A stretch of DNA of 64,000 nucleotides from Candidatus Latescibacterota bacterium (GCA_965204375.1 OZ241986.1:3360001-3424000), one strand, 5' to 3'. Counted from the stretch's first letter, positions 27,650 to 38,995 are shown. Translations and numbers: made by a program. The notes: a model not told the origin generated them from the sequence alone.

Positions 27650-29710
27650 TCAAGGTCGCGTCCCTCGGCTCGTGCGCGCAGACTGTGCAATAAGCATCTC
27701 TGCGCCCATCGCCATCAAAGCTGCCAACAGCACCCATCGCCAGAGTTCCTGACCGTGCCTTTGGGAAAGAATAATCTCCTTCAAATCGGCCTTGCCATCC
27801 ACAACGCGCAAGCGATCTTTACCAAAAAGCGCCTCGAGTCGCGCCATTGGAACCGGGGTCAAATCGGGTTCGCGCGCATCAATCTGAACGGCAAAACGAT
27901 CAGAGACGCGCTCGCGCGCAAAAATCTCCCAAAGCCCTGGCTCATCCACCACGCCAACCGGCCACACCGATTGCAAGCCGCGTTGTTGAGGCCAAATCGT
28001 TCTGGGTTCTCCACCTGGCGCTTGCAAAACAGCTTCAGAAGCATTTTCCCGTCGGATATCTCTGTACACGACCTGACCGACGCGATAGTCAGATTGACCA
28101 AATGCCCCGGCCGCCAGATATCCGCTCAGGCGATGCACAAATGGGACAAAAAAGCCGGAAAGCGGCGCGTCATTCCATCCCAAATTCGCACTTACCGAAG
28201 AAGCAAACAGCACGACGCGCCCATTGCCCTTGCGAGACTCGAGAAGCGCAGGTGCCCCCGAAGCAAAGGACAACACAGGGCGTGCATTTGCCGCGGGCAA
28301 AACCCGATAAGAAACAAAAAAACGCGGGCTTTGAAACGCCCCCTTGAGTTTCAGGCCCGATAGCATGGGATGATCGGGCAAAACCGTCTGCAAAGCCTGA
28401 TAAGCACCCGACAACGCGCCCCGAGTACCGAGCAATTTGGCCGGAAAAAGCGCGGGCAACACATGCTCATTATAATATCGGACATCTATTTGATCCCCCA
28501 GGAAAATAGCCAGACCAACCCCGCGCGATATCCGATTTTGCAAAGCGGCAATTGCACCTGTAGAAAGCCGCGCGACATTGCACAAAAAAACCACATCAAC
28601 ACCTTCCAACACCTGATCTGATACGCGTTCGGGTGTAACATGCACCACCTCGCTTGAGACAACGGACAAAGCCTCTGCGAGATAATAAGACTCGTGGGAC
28701 ACCTGACCCACCAGCAAAATGCGAACGCGCTCTGGAATGCGCAACACCGTCACGCGCTCGTTGTCTGCCTCGAGAGCGTCTGCCCCTATTTCCACGCGCA
28801 GGGCAACATCCCCCCCTGTTTTGGGCACAAACGACGTATGCAATTTGCGACGCCCACCCGCAGGCACATGGGCAATATCCTGGCCAATGCGCCGACCATC
28901 CAAAAATATCTGCACAGGCACATCGCCTCGATTTGCCACACCATAATTGATCAATTCGATCGCCAGCGTGGTTGAACGCCCGACCTCTGGAGAAGTGGTA
29001 TTGATCTGCCCGATGCCAATATTGGCAACTTGCGAAGGCCGCTCGGAAATGATGTACACCGATACATCGTCCAAATTAGACAATGTATCGGGCAAACTCG
29101 CCCATCCATTATATGCGCGATCCGTTACAAAATACAACTCGCGATTGGGCATCTGTGACCCGGACAAATGCGACAAAGCCAATTGCAATCCCGCCTCAAA
29201 ATCTGTACTGCCAAATCCGGGTTGCAGAGTATCCATAAACAACCGCAACCGCTCTGGCGAAGTCACATCAACCTCCTCGACACCCTTGTCGATCAGTGCC
29301 AGACGCACATCGTCGCGCTCATCAAACAGAGCCAACAGAGCCTGCGCCTTGCGAAGTGCGCGCTCAAACAAAGTACCTTCTGATGTGCGGTATTGCATAC
29401 TCAACGAACGATCGAGCAAAATAACTGCCGACGTACCCGCATCGCCCACCTGCCCACTGCCCCCACTCAAAGTCGGACGCGCGAAAGCCAGCACAAGCAA
29501 AACAATGAGCAGGGTTCGCAAAATGAGCAACGCGAGATGCTTGAATTTTAGCCGTCGCATGCGGTCGTGCTGGAGTTTTTGCAAAAGCGCTACATTTGAA
29601 AACGACACCGTTACTGCACGGCGCCGATTCAGCAAATGAATCACAAGCGGCAACAACGCCGCCCACAAACCGTGCAACAACATCGGATTTGTAAATGAAA
29701 GACCGAACAT
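27650..29710 (-). CDS. BatA N-terminal domain + vWA membrane protein
   Basis: PLVIHLLNRRR...LRTLLIVLLVLAFARP, LLDRSLSM, FVTD, C-terminal ELWRWVLL TM. Confidence 0.85.
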   Translation of the reverse strand: MFGLSFTNPMLLHGLWAALLPLVIHLLNRRRAVTVSFSNVALLQKLQHDRMRRLKFKHLALLILRTLLIVLLVLAFARPTLSGGSGQVGDAGTSAVILLDRSLSMQYRTSEGTLFERALRKAQALLALFDERDDVRLALIDKGVEEVDVTSPERLRLFMDTLQPGFGSTDFEAGLQLALSHLSGSQMPNRELYFVTDRAYNGWASLPDTLSNLDDVSVYIISERPSQVANIGIGQINTTSPEVGRSTTLAIELINYGVANRGDVPVQIFLDGRRIGQDIAHVPAGGRRKLHTSFVPKTGGDVALRVEIGADALEADNERVTVLRIPERVRILLVGQVSHESYYLAEALSVVSSEVVHVTPERVSDQVLEGVDVVFLCNVARLSTGAIAALQNRISRGVGLAIFLGDQIDVRYYNEHVLPALFPAKLLGTRGALSGAYQALQTVLPDHPMLSGLKLKGAFQSPRFFVSYRVLPAANARPVLSFASGAPALLESRKGNGRVVLFASSVSANLGWNDAPLSGFFVPFVHRLSGYLAAGAFGQSDYRVGQVVYRDIRRENASEAVLQAPGGEPRTIWPQQRGLQSVWPVGVVDEPGLWEIFARERVSDRFAVQIDAREPDLTPVPMARLEALFGKDRLRVVDGKADLKEIILSQRHGQELWRWVLLAALMAMGAEMLIAQSARTSRGTRP

Positions 29711-29725
29711 GAGAAAAGTTCAAAC

Positions 29726-29754
29726 AAAAAAACCTGCTTCATAGAAAAGCAGGT
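29726..29754 (-). terminator. Intrinsic terminator after the PTS IIA gene
   Basis: ACCTGCTT/AAGCAGGT stem with A-run. Confidence 0.6.
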
Positions 29755-29779
29755 ATCAGGTTAATTCTTATGATATTTA

Positions 29780-30241
29780 TTAGTTTTTCTTATCTTCCGC
29801 CTCAATAATCGCCAGAGCCTCCTCGCGATTTCTAATGCCAATCAGACGCTGTCTAAAATCCTCTCCTTTGAGCACCCTTGATATCCGCGCTAAAGCTTTA
29901 ATATGCGGTCCCGAGACATCCAGAGGCGAGACCAGAAGAAAAAAAATGTAGGTCTTTTTGCCATCTAAAGCATTAAAATTGATACCATCCGACTTGATAC
30001 CCAGCACACCGCCCAGCGTCGTGGCATATTCCGATTTCCCATGGGGAATGGCAATACCGTGCCCAATACCCGTACTCATAATATCTTCGCGCTCTAAAAC
30101 CGCCTGGAGCACCTTATCGCGGTCAGTAATTTTATCGCCTACTTCGAGTTCATTAACAAGCTCCTCGAGAATTTCCCGCTTGTTTTGCCCCTTAAGCCCG
30201 ATAATGACCGATTTGCCCGACAGAATCTCCATCAACGTCAT
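29780..30241 (-). CDS. PTS EIIA (fructose/mannitol/Ntr type)
   Basis: EREDIMSTGIGHGIAIPHGK; HIKALARISR. Confidence 0.92.
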   Translation of the reverse strand: MTLMEILSGKSVIIGLKGQNKREILEELVNELEVGDKITDRDKVLQAVLEREDIMSTGIGHGIAIPHGKSEYATTLGGVLGIKSDGINFNALDGKKTYIFFLLVSPLDVSGPHIKALARISRVLKGEDFRQRLIGIRNREEALAIIEAEDKKN

Positions 30242-30488
30242 AAATGCCCTTTCATTCGAGTGAGAGCATAGACATCCCTGCCTGCGCGCCTATCCGCACA
30301 CATCGCGTTTAGACGGAAAATAAAACGCCCCCTCAACTAAGTCAAGAAAATTAGATATATTTATACCTGCACAGCCTCATAAGTCACAAAAGTCATTGAG
30401 AAATTTGGCAAAAGTTTTTAATGTTAAAAAGAAACCGAAAATCCAAACAGGCGTGTAAAAACTGCCACGACACGATAAAGGATTATCC

Positions 30489-32795
30489 ATGCACAAAGTC
30501 CTCTACTCGACCATTTATCTACTCCTCATAAGTTTTGCAAGCACGGGATTCGCGCAAAACCGCGACCTCCACGACGTCATCAACCGGTTGAAAGCAGATC
30601 TGGCTACCGCGTCTGATTCGTCGGCGAACTACGCGCGCATGGGCCTGCTCTATTTGCGCCTTGAAGAAGCCGACAGTGCCGAAGCAGCCTTTCAAAATGC
30701 ACTCGCCTTGCGTCCCAATCTCGCCATTGCCCACACGGGCCTGGGTCGCATGTACCAAAACCTGCGAAACAAACCCGACCGCGCACTGTCACACTACGAA
30801 AAAGCGGTCGCTATCGACACCACAGACGCCGACGCCCACGACCGCCTCATCAAAACCCTGCTCGTGCTCGAAGATACCGGAAGTCGCGCACGAAAAGCGG
30901 CTTCCCAAACCATTGCGCGATTTCCCGACCTGCCTTCTCCCTATCTCCTGCTCGCTCGCGCACATCGCGAAGAGGGAAGCGCGCATCAAGTCGCGCTGTA
31001 CTACTACAAAAAATACCTCGAGCGCAACCCCGAAGACCACGAAACCGCATACCAATTTGCCTACGCGCTATACGAAGCCAAAGAATACCGGGACCTCGAA
31101 GACATCACATCGCGCATGCAGGGAGACCCCCGCGCACTACCATTGCTCGCCCAGGCCCTCATACAAAGACGCGACCACGAAGGCGCATTGGCGGCATTTC
31201 AACGCTATATTGAGACCCTGCCGGAAGAAGAACAGCCCCTCTTTGACGACATCTCTTATATCGGCTCAAGAGCCGAAGCGCGCGCTTACCGCCTCGCGTC
31301 GGCCTCGGACGACAAAACACAACGCGAGCGTTTTCTCACACGCTTCTGGTTGCAAAAAGATCCCTTTAAAACCTCGGGAGGCGCACTGCGCCGAGCCGAA
31401 CACTACCGCAGGGTATGGCATGCGCGAACCCATTTTGGCAGAAAGTGGCCGTGGGATCGCCGGGGAGAAATCTACATTCGATATGGAGAACCCGATTACA
31501 TCTCCACCTCCCGCAAACTCAACGCCATCGTACCACTCGATGTACAGCGCCTTCAAGAACAAAGAGCGTACGCGATTTACGGCGATGCGGGCATTGAGGC
31601 AAACTTCGTCGGTCCCGTCTATCCGATTCGCACCATGGAAGAAGGGGGCCTGGGTCGCGTGGGCAATATGGGCTTTACTGACTACCGCCCCGTCACAACG
31701 ACCAGCGGCTGGACCTCTGTACCCTGGGAAGTATGGATATACAAAAACCTCGGACAGGGCGCAGAATTTACATTTACCGATGAATTTCTGGGCGGAAACT
31801 TCGATTTTGCCCCCGTCCCATCGCTGACCGAAGAAGACCTCGCCAATGCCGAATCCTCCGGGCGATCGTACATGAGCGTTATTCAGCGCCTCAACGAATT
31901 TAACCCCGCCACCCTCGCCCAATCGCTCGCGGCAATAGAACCCGAATTGTACAGCATAGAAACGCTCGATCCCCTCGACTTCTACTTCGACGCCCTCACC
32001 TTTCGGGGACCGGAAAACAAAACTGAATTGCAGGTCATATTTGGCCTGCCTTTAGACAATGTGGCCCTGCCTACAGACCCGGACACCACTGTGGTCGTCG
32101 AGCGTCGCACCGCGCTTCTCTACCCCCGCGCCCTCGATTTTCAGAACACCAAAAGCGCATTGGCCATCGACATCACTGATGATATTCGGGACCGGGGTTT
32201 ACAAGCCCTCAGCAGCGTGCGCCACATCGCCGCCCCCGGCGAGTACGAACTGGCCGTCGAAGCATGGCGTCAAAATACCAAGCGCATTGGCGCCTATCGC
32301 CAGGGCGATCTTCGCTTGCCCGCCTATCACGACAAAAGCCATCTGATGATGAGCGACATCCAGGTCGCCTCCCGCATCATCGAAGCGGACCGCGCACCCG
32401 ACACATCCTTTGTGCGCGGCGACCTCTACATTCAGCCGCAACCCTCGGCAGCCTTTGTCTCCGGCATGTCCATGTACGTTTACTTTGAAATCTACAACCT
32501 CAAACGCGACGAATTTGGACAGACGCGCTACACCATCTCCTACGAAGTACAAAAACGCCAGGAAACCGGTTTCGCGCTCGTCTCCCTCCTCGCCAAATTG
32601 GGCAAAAAAAATACCGAGGCCGTTGGCCTCAGCTTTGATCAAGTCGGTACAAACCCCGACGAAAACACCTATCTCGAAATGCCCCTCACCAATCTCGCAC
32701 CCGGACGCTACACCCTCAAACTCACAATCACAGACAAAAACACCGACCAGACCACAAAAAAAGATGCTGTCTTTTTTCTTACGGGCACCCGATAA
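30489..32795 (+). CDS. Exported TPR + GWxTD-domain protein
   Basis: Signal peptide, TPR repeats, RFWLQKDP...EHYRRV...WDRRGEIYIRYGEPD, WEVWIY, MMSDIQVA. Confidence 0.8.
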   Translation: MHKVLYSTIYLLLISFASTGFAQNRDLHDVINRLKADLATASDSSANYARMGLLYLRLEEADSAEAAFQNALALRPNLAIAHTGLGRMYQNLRNKPDRALSHYEKAVAIDTTDADAHDRLIKTLLVLEDTGSRARKAASQTIARFPDLPSPYLLLARAHREEGSAHQVALYYYKKYLERNPEDHETAYQFAYALYEAKEYRDLEDITSRMQGDPRALPLLAQALIQRRDHEGALAAFQRYIETLPEEEQPLFDDISYIGSRAEARAYRLASASDDKTQRERFLTRFWLQKDPFKTSGGALRRAEHYRRVWHARTHFGRKWPWDRRGEIYIRYGEPDYISTSRKLNAIVPLDVQRLQEQRAYAIYGDAGIEANFVGPVYPIRTMEEGGLGRVGNMGFTDYRPVTTTSGWTSVPWEVWIYKNLGQGAEFTFTDEFLGGNFDFAPVPSLTEEDLANAESSGRSYMSVIQRLNEFNPATLAQSLAAIEPELYSIETLDPLDFYFDALTFRGPENKTELQVIFGLPLDNVALPTDPDTTVVVERRTALLYPRALDFQNTKSALAIDITDDIRDRGLQALSSVRHIAAPGEYELAVEAWRQNTKRIGAYRQGDLRLPAYHDKSHLMMSDIQVASRIIEADRAPDTSFVRGDLYIQPQPSAAFVSGMSMYVYFEIYNLKRDEFGQTRYTISYEVQKRQETGFALVSLLAKLGKKNTEAVGLSFDQVGTNPDENTYLEMPLTNLAPGRYTLKLTITDKNTDQTTKKDAVFFLTGTR

Positions 32796-32798
32796 TCA

Positions 32799-33329
32799 TC
32801 ACCCCGTTCTAATCACATACGTCTCTGCCACGCGGTCGTGAATCCCCTGCCCATCGGGGTGGCGGCGCGCCATGTGAATCAACACCACCCACCCCACTGT
32901 ACCAATCACCATCGCAGTCGATGAAGCCACAGCCGATTGCGTCTCCACCTCCACCACCTCAATCCCCTCTCCATCCGAGGGTCGCTGGTACACCTCCTCT
33001 GGTGTCAACAGTGCCATCACAATAAACAGCACAAAAACCGGCGCCCACTTCACCACTGCACGTCGAAACGTCTGCACGTAATTCAACCCACCACCCTGGG
33101 CATCAATCACGCGCAACCCCAACAACATCTTGCCCGGCGTCTGGCCCATACTTCCCACAAATATCGCGGAATATATCACAATAAAAATAAAATCCACCAT
33201 CCACACACCCGCAGGCGATAGCAACATATTGCGCAGAACCACCGTCAGCACCAGGTGCAAAATCACAAAATCCAACACCGTTGCCAACAGACGCCGTCCT
33301 ATCCCGGCGATTTCGCTTTGCATCAACAT
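32799..33329 (-). CDS. RDD family membrane protein
   Basis: RRLLATVLD, GQTPGKMLLGLRV, IHDRVAETYVI. Confidence 0.9.
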   Translation of the reverse strand: MLMQSEIAGIGRRLLATVLDFVILHLVLTVVLRNMLLSPAGVWMVDFIFIVIYSAIFVGSMGQTPGKMLLGLRVIDAQGGGLNYVQTFRRAVVKWAPVFVLFIVMALLTPEEVYQRPSDGEGIEVVEVETQSAVASSTAMVIGTVGWVVLIHMARRHPDGQGIHDRVAETYVIRTG

Positions 33330-33346
33330 ATCTTCACCCCATCTCT

Positions 33347-34126
33347 CTAATCACTCCTCGCAATCAACGCTCTCGTCGTCGCAACGACAAGCCGCCTGGG
33401 TAATAAGCGCACAGTAAAAGCCAGCATCTTACTGATCAACCCGTGAATAGCCACGCGCTTACCCTTTTGCATAGCCCTGTATCCATACTTCGCCACGTCA
33501 GCCCCCGTGGGCAACCCGCGCATATCAAACAAACGCGAACCCGTTGCACCTGCAGCGCGTTGAAAACCCGTCTCCGTTGCCCCTGGACACAGCGCAGTCA
33601 CGCTCACACCCGTACCCTTTAACTCATTGGCAATCGCATCTGAAAACGACAACACATACGCCTTAGTCGCAAAATACACGGCCATCCTCGGACCGGGTTG
33701 AAACGCCGCAGTCGAAGCCACATTCAAAATTCTTCCCCGACCTCTATCAATCAAACCCGGCAAAAACAACTTGGTCAAATGCGTCAAAGCGACAATATTC
33801 ACCTGCAACATATCCGCTTCGGCCGTCCAATCTGTCTCAGCGTAAAAACCATAAACCCCAAACCCGGCATTATTCACCAGATAATCCACATCCCATCCCA
33901 ATTCCCTGACCCGGTCATAAACCTTCTCGGCCTCACCCGACACGGACAAATCGGCCACAATCACCTCAGCTCTTACACCGTATTCCTCCCGCACTTCTCC
34001 TGCCAATGCGTGCAACTTATCCTCGGACCGCGCCGACAAAATCACATCAACCCCATCAGCCGCAAACACCCGCGCCAATTCCAGACCAATACCACTCGAC
34101 GCGCCCGTAATCAGTGCTATAGCCAT
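33347..34126 (-). CDS. Short-chain dehydrogenase/reductase
   Basis: TGASSGIG, LVNNAG, YFATK. Confidence 0.93.
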   Translation of the reverse strand: MAIALITGASSGIGLELARVFAADGVDVILSARSEDKLHALAGEVREEYGVRAEVIVADLSVSGEAEKVYDRVRELGWDVDYLVNNAGFGVYGFYAETDWTAEADMLQVNIVALTHLTKLFLPGLIDRGRGRILNVASTAAFQPGPRMAVYFATKAYVLSFSDAIANELKGTGVSVTALCPGATETGFQRAAGATGSRLFDMRGLPTGADVAKYGYRAMQKGKRVAIHGLISKMLAFTVRLLPRRLVVATTRALIARSD

Positions 34127-34261
34127 AAGACCCGCCTCCTTTTACCTCAATATGCAAAAAAAATCGCGCAATCGCGAATGATAAATCTGCTTTACAGGTG
34201 CCCCAATAATAACTATTCTTGTCTCCCATAATCAGATTGTCCCACAAACACCGAGGCAACC

Positions 34262-35311
34262 ATGAAACTATTGCAATTCGCACAACCCGGGCGAGGCTCT
34301 CGCCTGGGGCTTGTCAAAAGCGACGACATCTTTGACCTCACAGCCTGCGCCCCACACCCTGCTTCGCTTCACGACCTCTATTACCGCCACGGGGGCAACA
34401 AAAACAGCATTGAAACCACAGTAGAGTCAATCAATATCCGCAATGCGCCGCGCCTCTCACTCCGCGACCTCCTGGACAACACGGACGACCCCGATCAACC
34501 GCACCTCATCAGCCCGGTAACCGCACCAACAGATGCACCACACAAACTGCGTATCTGGCTGGCGGGAGTCACCCATGAAGACAGCGCGAAATTGCGCGAA
34601 ATCGAAGCCAAACAGGCCACCGGTGATGCCGTCAACGTCTATGATCAAAAATACCGGGAATGCGCACAGGGCGGCACCCCCGAACTCTTTGCCAAAAACG
34701 ACACCGCCGCTCTCGTCGGACACGGCGGATGTATATCGCACCCGCACAACACCCAGCGCCTCGTACCTGAAACAGAACTCGTAACCATCTATGGCCTCAA
34801 TGCCACAGGCCAAATTGAGCGTTTGGGCTACACCGGCGGCAACGATTACACCGACAACGGCATCGAAGCCGAAAACCCACTCAACTTACCCCAGGCCAAA
34901 AACTGGTCCCACGGCTGTGCCAGCCTCGGACCCCTGATGGTCACCAACTCAGCCTATGACGACAGCAGCGTAGCCGTCTCTTGCGAAGTGATACGCAACA
35001 ACACGCGCATTGCCTACAAAGAAGGGCATACCGGACAAAACCATCTCAACATGCCCGACGGACTCTTCCACCTCGAACGATCGCTCTTTTCCCGCTTACC
35101 CCTTGAACCCGACACCCTGCAAATCCTCTACTGGGGCACACCCATCGTCTTTTCTGACGACGACCTCGAAAGCGGCTTGCGCGAAGGCGACCGCGTGTGC
35201 ATGACCTTTGACGGCATTGGACCGCTCGAAAATCCCATCACCGCCTTTCCGCAAACAAATCAACTGCAATGGCTGGAAAAAAGAAGTAAGAAGTTAGAAG
35301 GGAGAAGTTAG
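34262..35311 (+). CDS. Fumarylacetoacetate hydrolase family protein
   Basis: AGVT, PELFAK, VPETEL, GNDYT, ENPLNLPQAK, SLGP, GIGPLENP. Confidence 0.8.
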   Translation: MKLLQFAQPGRGSRLGLVKSDDIFDLTACAPHPASLHDLYYRHGGNKNSIETTVESINIRNAPRLSLRDLLDNTDDPDQPHLISPVTAPTDAPHKLRIWLAGVTHEDSAKLREIEAKQATGDAVNVYDQKYRECAQGGTPELFAKNDTAALVGHGGCISHPHNTQRLVPETELVTIYGLNATGQIERLGYTGGNDYTDNGIEAENPLNLPQAKNWSHGCASLGPLMVTNSAYDDSSVAVSCEVIRNNTRIAYKEGHTGQNHLNMPDGLFHLERSLFSRLPLEPDTLQILYWGTPIVFSDDDLESGLREGDRVCMTFDGIGPLENPITAFPQTNQLQWLEKRSKKLEGRS

Positions 35312-35373
35312 AAGGCCACCCAACACCACCCCAGGGCGGGTGCTTCTTCGCTCTTCACACTTCACAGCAATAA

Positions 35374-35398
35374 CGGGCGAGGCATGCCTCGCCCCTAC
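35374..35398 (-). repeat. GTAG-type REP-like palindrome
   Basis: Identical to 25031-25055: CGGGCGAGGCATGCCTCGCCCCTAC. Confidence 0.85.
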
Positions 35399-35460
35399 AA
35401 TTATCTGTGTCCATCTGCGTTCATCTGCGGATCACACTTCACACTTCCTCAGGAGGCACC

Positions 35461-35853
35461 ATGAACCGCTCGCTACTCATCGCACTCATTCTCACACTCA
35501 GTTCCCTCATCTCTCTCATCGTCACCGCATCTTTCGCCCAAATTCCCGACACCTACACCAACTTAAAAGTCCTGCCCAAAGACATCAAAAAAGCACAACT
35601 CATGCAATACATGAAAGATTTTAGCAAAGCACTGGGCGTGCGCTGTCACGCTTGCCACAAAGGAGAAGAAGGCCAATCCCTATCCACTTACGACTTCGCA
35701 TCAGACGAAAACCCCCGCAAAGACATCGCGCGCCTCATGATCACCCTGACACAAAAAATCAACGGCGAAATCCTCAAAGACTTCAAAGAAGGACAATTCA
35801 CCCAGATCACCTGCCAAACCTGCCATCGGGGACAACAAGTACCGGACGCCTGA
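35461..35853 (+). CDS. Small diheme c-type cytochrome (reaction-centre cytochrome c subunit-like family)
   Basis: Signal peptide, NLKVLP, CHACH and CQTCH; AGGAGG RBS before ATG 35461. Confidence 0.88.
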   Translation: MNRSLLIALILTLSSLISLIVTASFAQIPDTYTNLKVLPKDIKKAQLMQYMKDFSKALGVRCHACHKGEEGQSLSTYDFASDENPRKDIARLMITLTQKINGEILKDFKEGQFTQITCQTCHRGQQVPDA

Positions 35854-36010
35854 CATCTCTTCTCCCCCCGGAAGATGCGAGATGTTCTGTTTTTTCGCCA
35901 TACTTTACCAACCAGTCAACTAATCATATCATTTTACTAATTAACAACATCTTATACAAATACATTCCCTTAAAATTTGCCATTCTCTCGCAAAAAAATA
36001 CGCTCTACAT

Positions 36011-36039
36011 TTGACAAAATTCATTATCCCTCGTAAATT
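36011..36039 (+). promoter_or_regulatory. sigma70-like promoter for aceE
   Basis: TTGACA-17bp-TAAATT about 80 bp upstream of the start. Confidence 0.6.
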
Positions 36040-36117
36040 TCACACATCACAGACATTTGGATACGCGCGTATATTTCAAATACCCGTCATTGCACCACAG
36101 AACAAAGGGGTTTTACC

Positions 36118-38823
36118 ATGGCCGATTCTGTCGCACCAGATATATTTCGCGATACCGATCCCATCGAAACCGAAGAATGGATCGAATCTCTGGCTTATGT
36201 TCTGCAAAACGGCGGTCCTGACCGCGTGCGCTATTTGCTCGACCGCCTCGAACAAGAAGCCCAGAAAAGTCTGGGCGTTGACATACCCTTCGCACCTCAT
36301 ACGCCTTATACCAACACCATCCCACTCGACAAACAACTGCCCTATCCGGGCGACCGTGAAATCGAGCGCCGCATCAAAAGTCTCGTACGCTGGAATGCCA
36401 TGGCCATGGTCACCCGTGCCAATAAAGAAGCCGATGGCATTGGCGGTCACATCTCCACCTTTGCATCGGCTGCCACGCTATATGAAGTGGGTCAAAATCA
36501 CTTCTTCAAAGCGCCCAATGGCGATTTCTCTGGAGATCAGGTCTTTTTCCAGGGTCATGCCTCGCCCGGGATGTATGCCCGCGCCTTCCTCGAAGGTCGG
36601 CTAAGCACCGAACACCTCGAAAACTTCCGCCGAGAACTCCGCAATCCCGGCGGCCTGTCTTCCTATCCCCACCCCTATCTCATGCCCGACTTCTGGCAAT
36701 TCCCCACCGTCTCAATGGGACTTGGCCCCCTCGTGGGCATCTTCCAGGCCCGCTTCAACCGCTACCTCGAAGACCGCGGCCTCAAATCAACTCGCGATTC
36801 CAAAGTCTGGGTCTTCGTTGGCGACGGCGAAACAGACGAACCCGAAACCCTCGGCGCCATCAGCCTGGCAACCCGCGAACAACTCGACAACCTCATCTTT
36901 GTGATCAACTGCAACCTGCAACGCCTCGACGGTCCCGTGCGCGGCAATAGCAAAATCATCCAGGAACTCGAACAAGTCTTTCGCGGCGCTGGCTGGAATG
37001 TCATCAAAGTGATATGGGGAGACGATTGGGACGCACTACTCGAAAAAGACACCCAGGGTCTGCTTCAGGAGCGCATGGAAGAAGTCGTCGATGGCCAATA
37101 CCAGAAATACACCGTCGAATCCGGCGAATACATCCGCCGCGACTTTTTTGGCACCCATCCCGACCTGCTTAAAATGGTCGAACACCTCTCGGACGAACAA
37201 CTCCAAAAATTGCGTCGCGGGGGACACGACCCCGAAAAAGTGTACGCCGCATTCAAAGCTGCTGTGGAGCACAAGGGCGCACCAACTGTTATCCTGGCCA
37301 AAACCATCAAAGGCTATGGCCTGGGCGAAGCTGGCGAAGGCCGCAACATGACCCACCAGCAAAAAAAGCTCGAAGAAGACGAGATGCGAGAATTCAAACG
37401 CCGATTTGACATACCCATCTCTGACAGCGAAGTGGGCAAAGCACCCTTTTATCGTCCCCCCGACGACAGCCCTGAAATGCAGTACTTGCAACAACGCCGA
37501 AACGAACTCGGCGGATATTTGCCCGCCCGAAGCGTTCGGGCCAAACCCATTCAAGCACCCTCGCGCGACGTATTCGACGAAGCCTTCAAAGGTACAGGCG
37601 ACCGCCAGGCCTCTACGACCATGGCTTTTGCGCGTCTGTTTGCCAAACTCGCTCGCGATAAAGACATCGGCAAATTGCTCGTTCCCATCATCCCAGATGA
37701 AGCCCGCACCTTTGGTATGGATTCCCTCTTTCGGCAACTCGGCATCTACTCGCACATGGGACAGATATACGAACCCGTTGACGCGGGCAACATCAGCTAC
37801 TATCGGGAAGCGCAAGACGGCCAAATACTCGAAGAAGGCATCAACGAAGCCGGTGCCATGTCCTCATTCATCTGCGCTGGCACAGCTTATGCCACACACG
37901 GCGTCAACACCATCCCATTCTACATCTACTATTCCATGTTCGGCTTTCAGCGCGTGGGCGACCTCATGTGGCTGGCCGGCGATATCCGTTGCAAGGGCTT
38001 TCTCTTAGGCGGAACAGCTGGGCGCACCACGCTCAACGGCGAAGGTCTCCAGCACGAAGACGGACACAGCCACATTCTCGCCTCATCTGTTCCCAACTGC
38101 ATTGCCTACGACCCCGCCTATGCTTACGAAATTGCCATCATCATCCAGGACGGCATCCGACGCATGTACCAGGAACAGGAAGATGTCTATTACTACATGA
38201 CCCTGGGCAATGAAAACTACGAACACCCCCCCATGCCCAAAGGCGTTGAAGAAGGCATTGTCAAAGGCTTTTATCCGCTCAAGACGCACGAAACACAACA
38301 AGGCCAGCACAAAGTTCAGCTCTTTGGCAGTGCATCCATCCTTCGAGAAACCCTGCGCGCGCAAGAAATCCTCGCCGCCGAATACAATATTTCTGCCGAC
38401 GTGTGGAGCGTCACCTCATACAAAGAATTGCGGCGGGACGCGCTTGAAACCGAGCGGTGGAACATGCTGCACCCAACGCGGCGAAAGAAAAAGCCGTATA
38501 TCGTCAAAATACTCGAAAAAACCGATGGCCCAATCGTCGCTGCCTCCGATTACATGAAAGCCCTGCCCGAAATGATCCGCCCCTGGGTACCCGAAGACAT
38601 GATGGTACTCGGCACAGATGGATTTGGGCGCAGCGACACCCGCCAGGCTCTGCGCCGGCATTTTGAAGTTGACGCCGAATGCATCGCTGTGGGCACGCTT
38701 TACGTCCTGGCAAAACAGGGCAAAATCAAACGCGAACAGGTCGCTACAGCCATCGACGAACTCGGAATAGACCCCGAGAAAATTGATCCCGTATCAGCAG
38801 GCCCGGTCACGACGTATTATTAG
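36118..38823 (+). CDS. aceE: Pyruvate dehydrogenase E1, homodimeric type
   Basis: GGHISTFAS, FQGHASPG, PTVSMGLG, GDGETDEPE, GRTTLNGEGLQH. Confidence 0.97.
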   Translation: MADSVAPDIFRDTDPIETEEWIESLAYVLQNGGPDRVRYLLDRLEQEAQKSLGVDIPFAPHTPYTNTIPLDKQLPYPGDREIERRIKSLVRWNAMAMVTRANKEADGIGGHISTFASAATLYEVGQNHFFKAPNGDFSGDQVFFQGHASPGMYARAFLEGRLSTEHLENFRRELRNPGGLSSYPHPYLMPDFWQFPTVSMGLGPLVGIFQARFNRYLEDRGLKSTRDSKVWVFVGDGETDEPETLGAISLATREQLDNLIFVINCNLQRLDGPVRGNSKIIQELEQVFRGAGWNVIKVIWGDDWDALLEKDTQGLLQERMEEVVDGQYQKYTVESGEYIRRDFFGTHPDLLKMVEHLSDEQLQKLRRGGHDPEKVYAAFKAAVEHKGAPTVILAKTIKGYGLGEAGEGRNMTHQQKKLEEDEMREFKRRFDIPISDSEVGKAPFYRPPDDSPEMQYLQQRRNELGGYLPARSVRAKPIQAPSRDVFDEAFKGTGDRQASTTMAFARLFAKLARDKDIGKLLVPIIPDEARTFGMDSLFRQLGIYSHMGQIYEPVDAGNISYYREAQDGQILEEGINEAGAMSSFICAGTAYATHGVNTIPFYIYYSMFGFQRVGDLMWLAGDIRCKGFLLGGTAGRTTLNGEGLQHEDGHSHILASSVPNCIAYDPAYAYEIAIIIQDGIRRMYQEQEDVYYYMTLGNENYEHPPMPKGVEEGIVKGFYPLKTHETQQGQHKVQLFGSASILRETLRAQEILAAEYNISADVWSVTSYKELRRDALETERWNMLHPTRRKKKPYIVKILEKTDGPIVAASDYMKALPEMIRPWVPEDMMVLGTDGFGRSDTRQALRRHFEVDAECIAVGTLYVLAKQGKIKREQVATAIDELGIDPEKIDPVSAGPVTTYY

Positions 38824-38995
38824 TTTCTGGACATACTTATTCAGATAAGGACAATCCCGAACTTCGACGTCAGCTTCGTATGTTCCGCGACATCGTCCAG
38901 TTCTCAGCAGCATTCACTCAGGGTGTGCAACAAACCCGTGCGCTGGAGGCTCTGGTCATCCGCGACTGGCAACCAGAAACGAATAGGAACCTATT

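Noticed and set aside
30661-31827. Long alternative-frame ORFs within GC-rich core genes (also e.g. 6269-7024, 37036-37824)
   Set aside because: Frame or antisense shadows from codon bias, with no motifs or RBS.
35281-35450. Short 7-10-bp tandem motifs (AGAAGTT, CTTCACA, ATCTGCG/T); similar ones at 50401-50420 and 61402-61428
   Set aside because: Low-copy degenerate intergenic repeats; no structure or function can be supported from this window.
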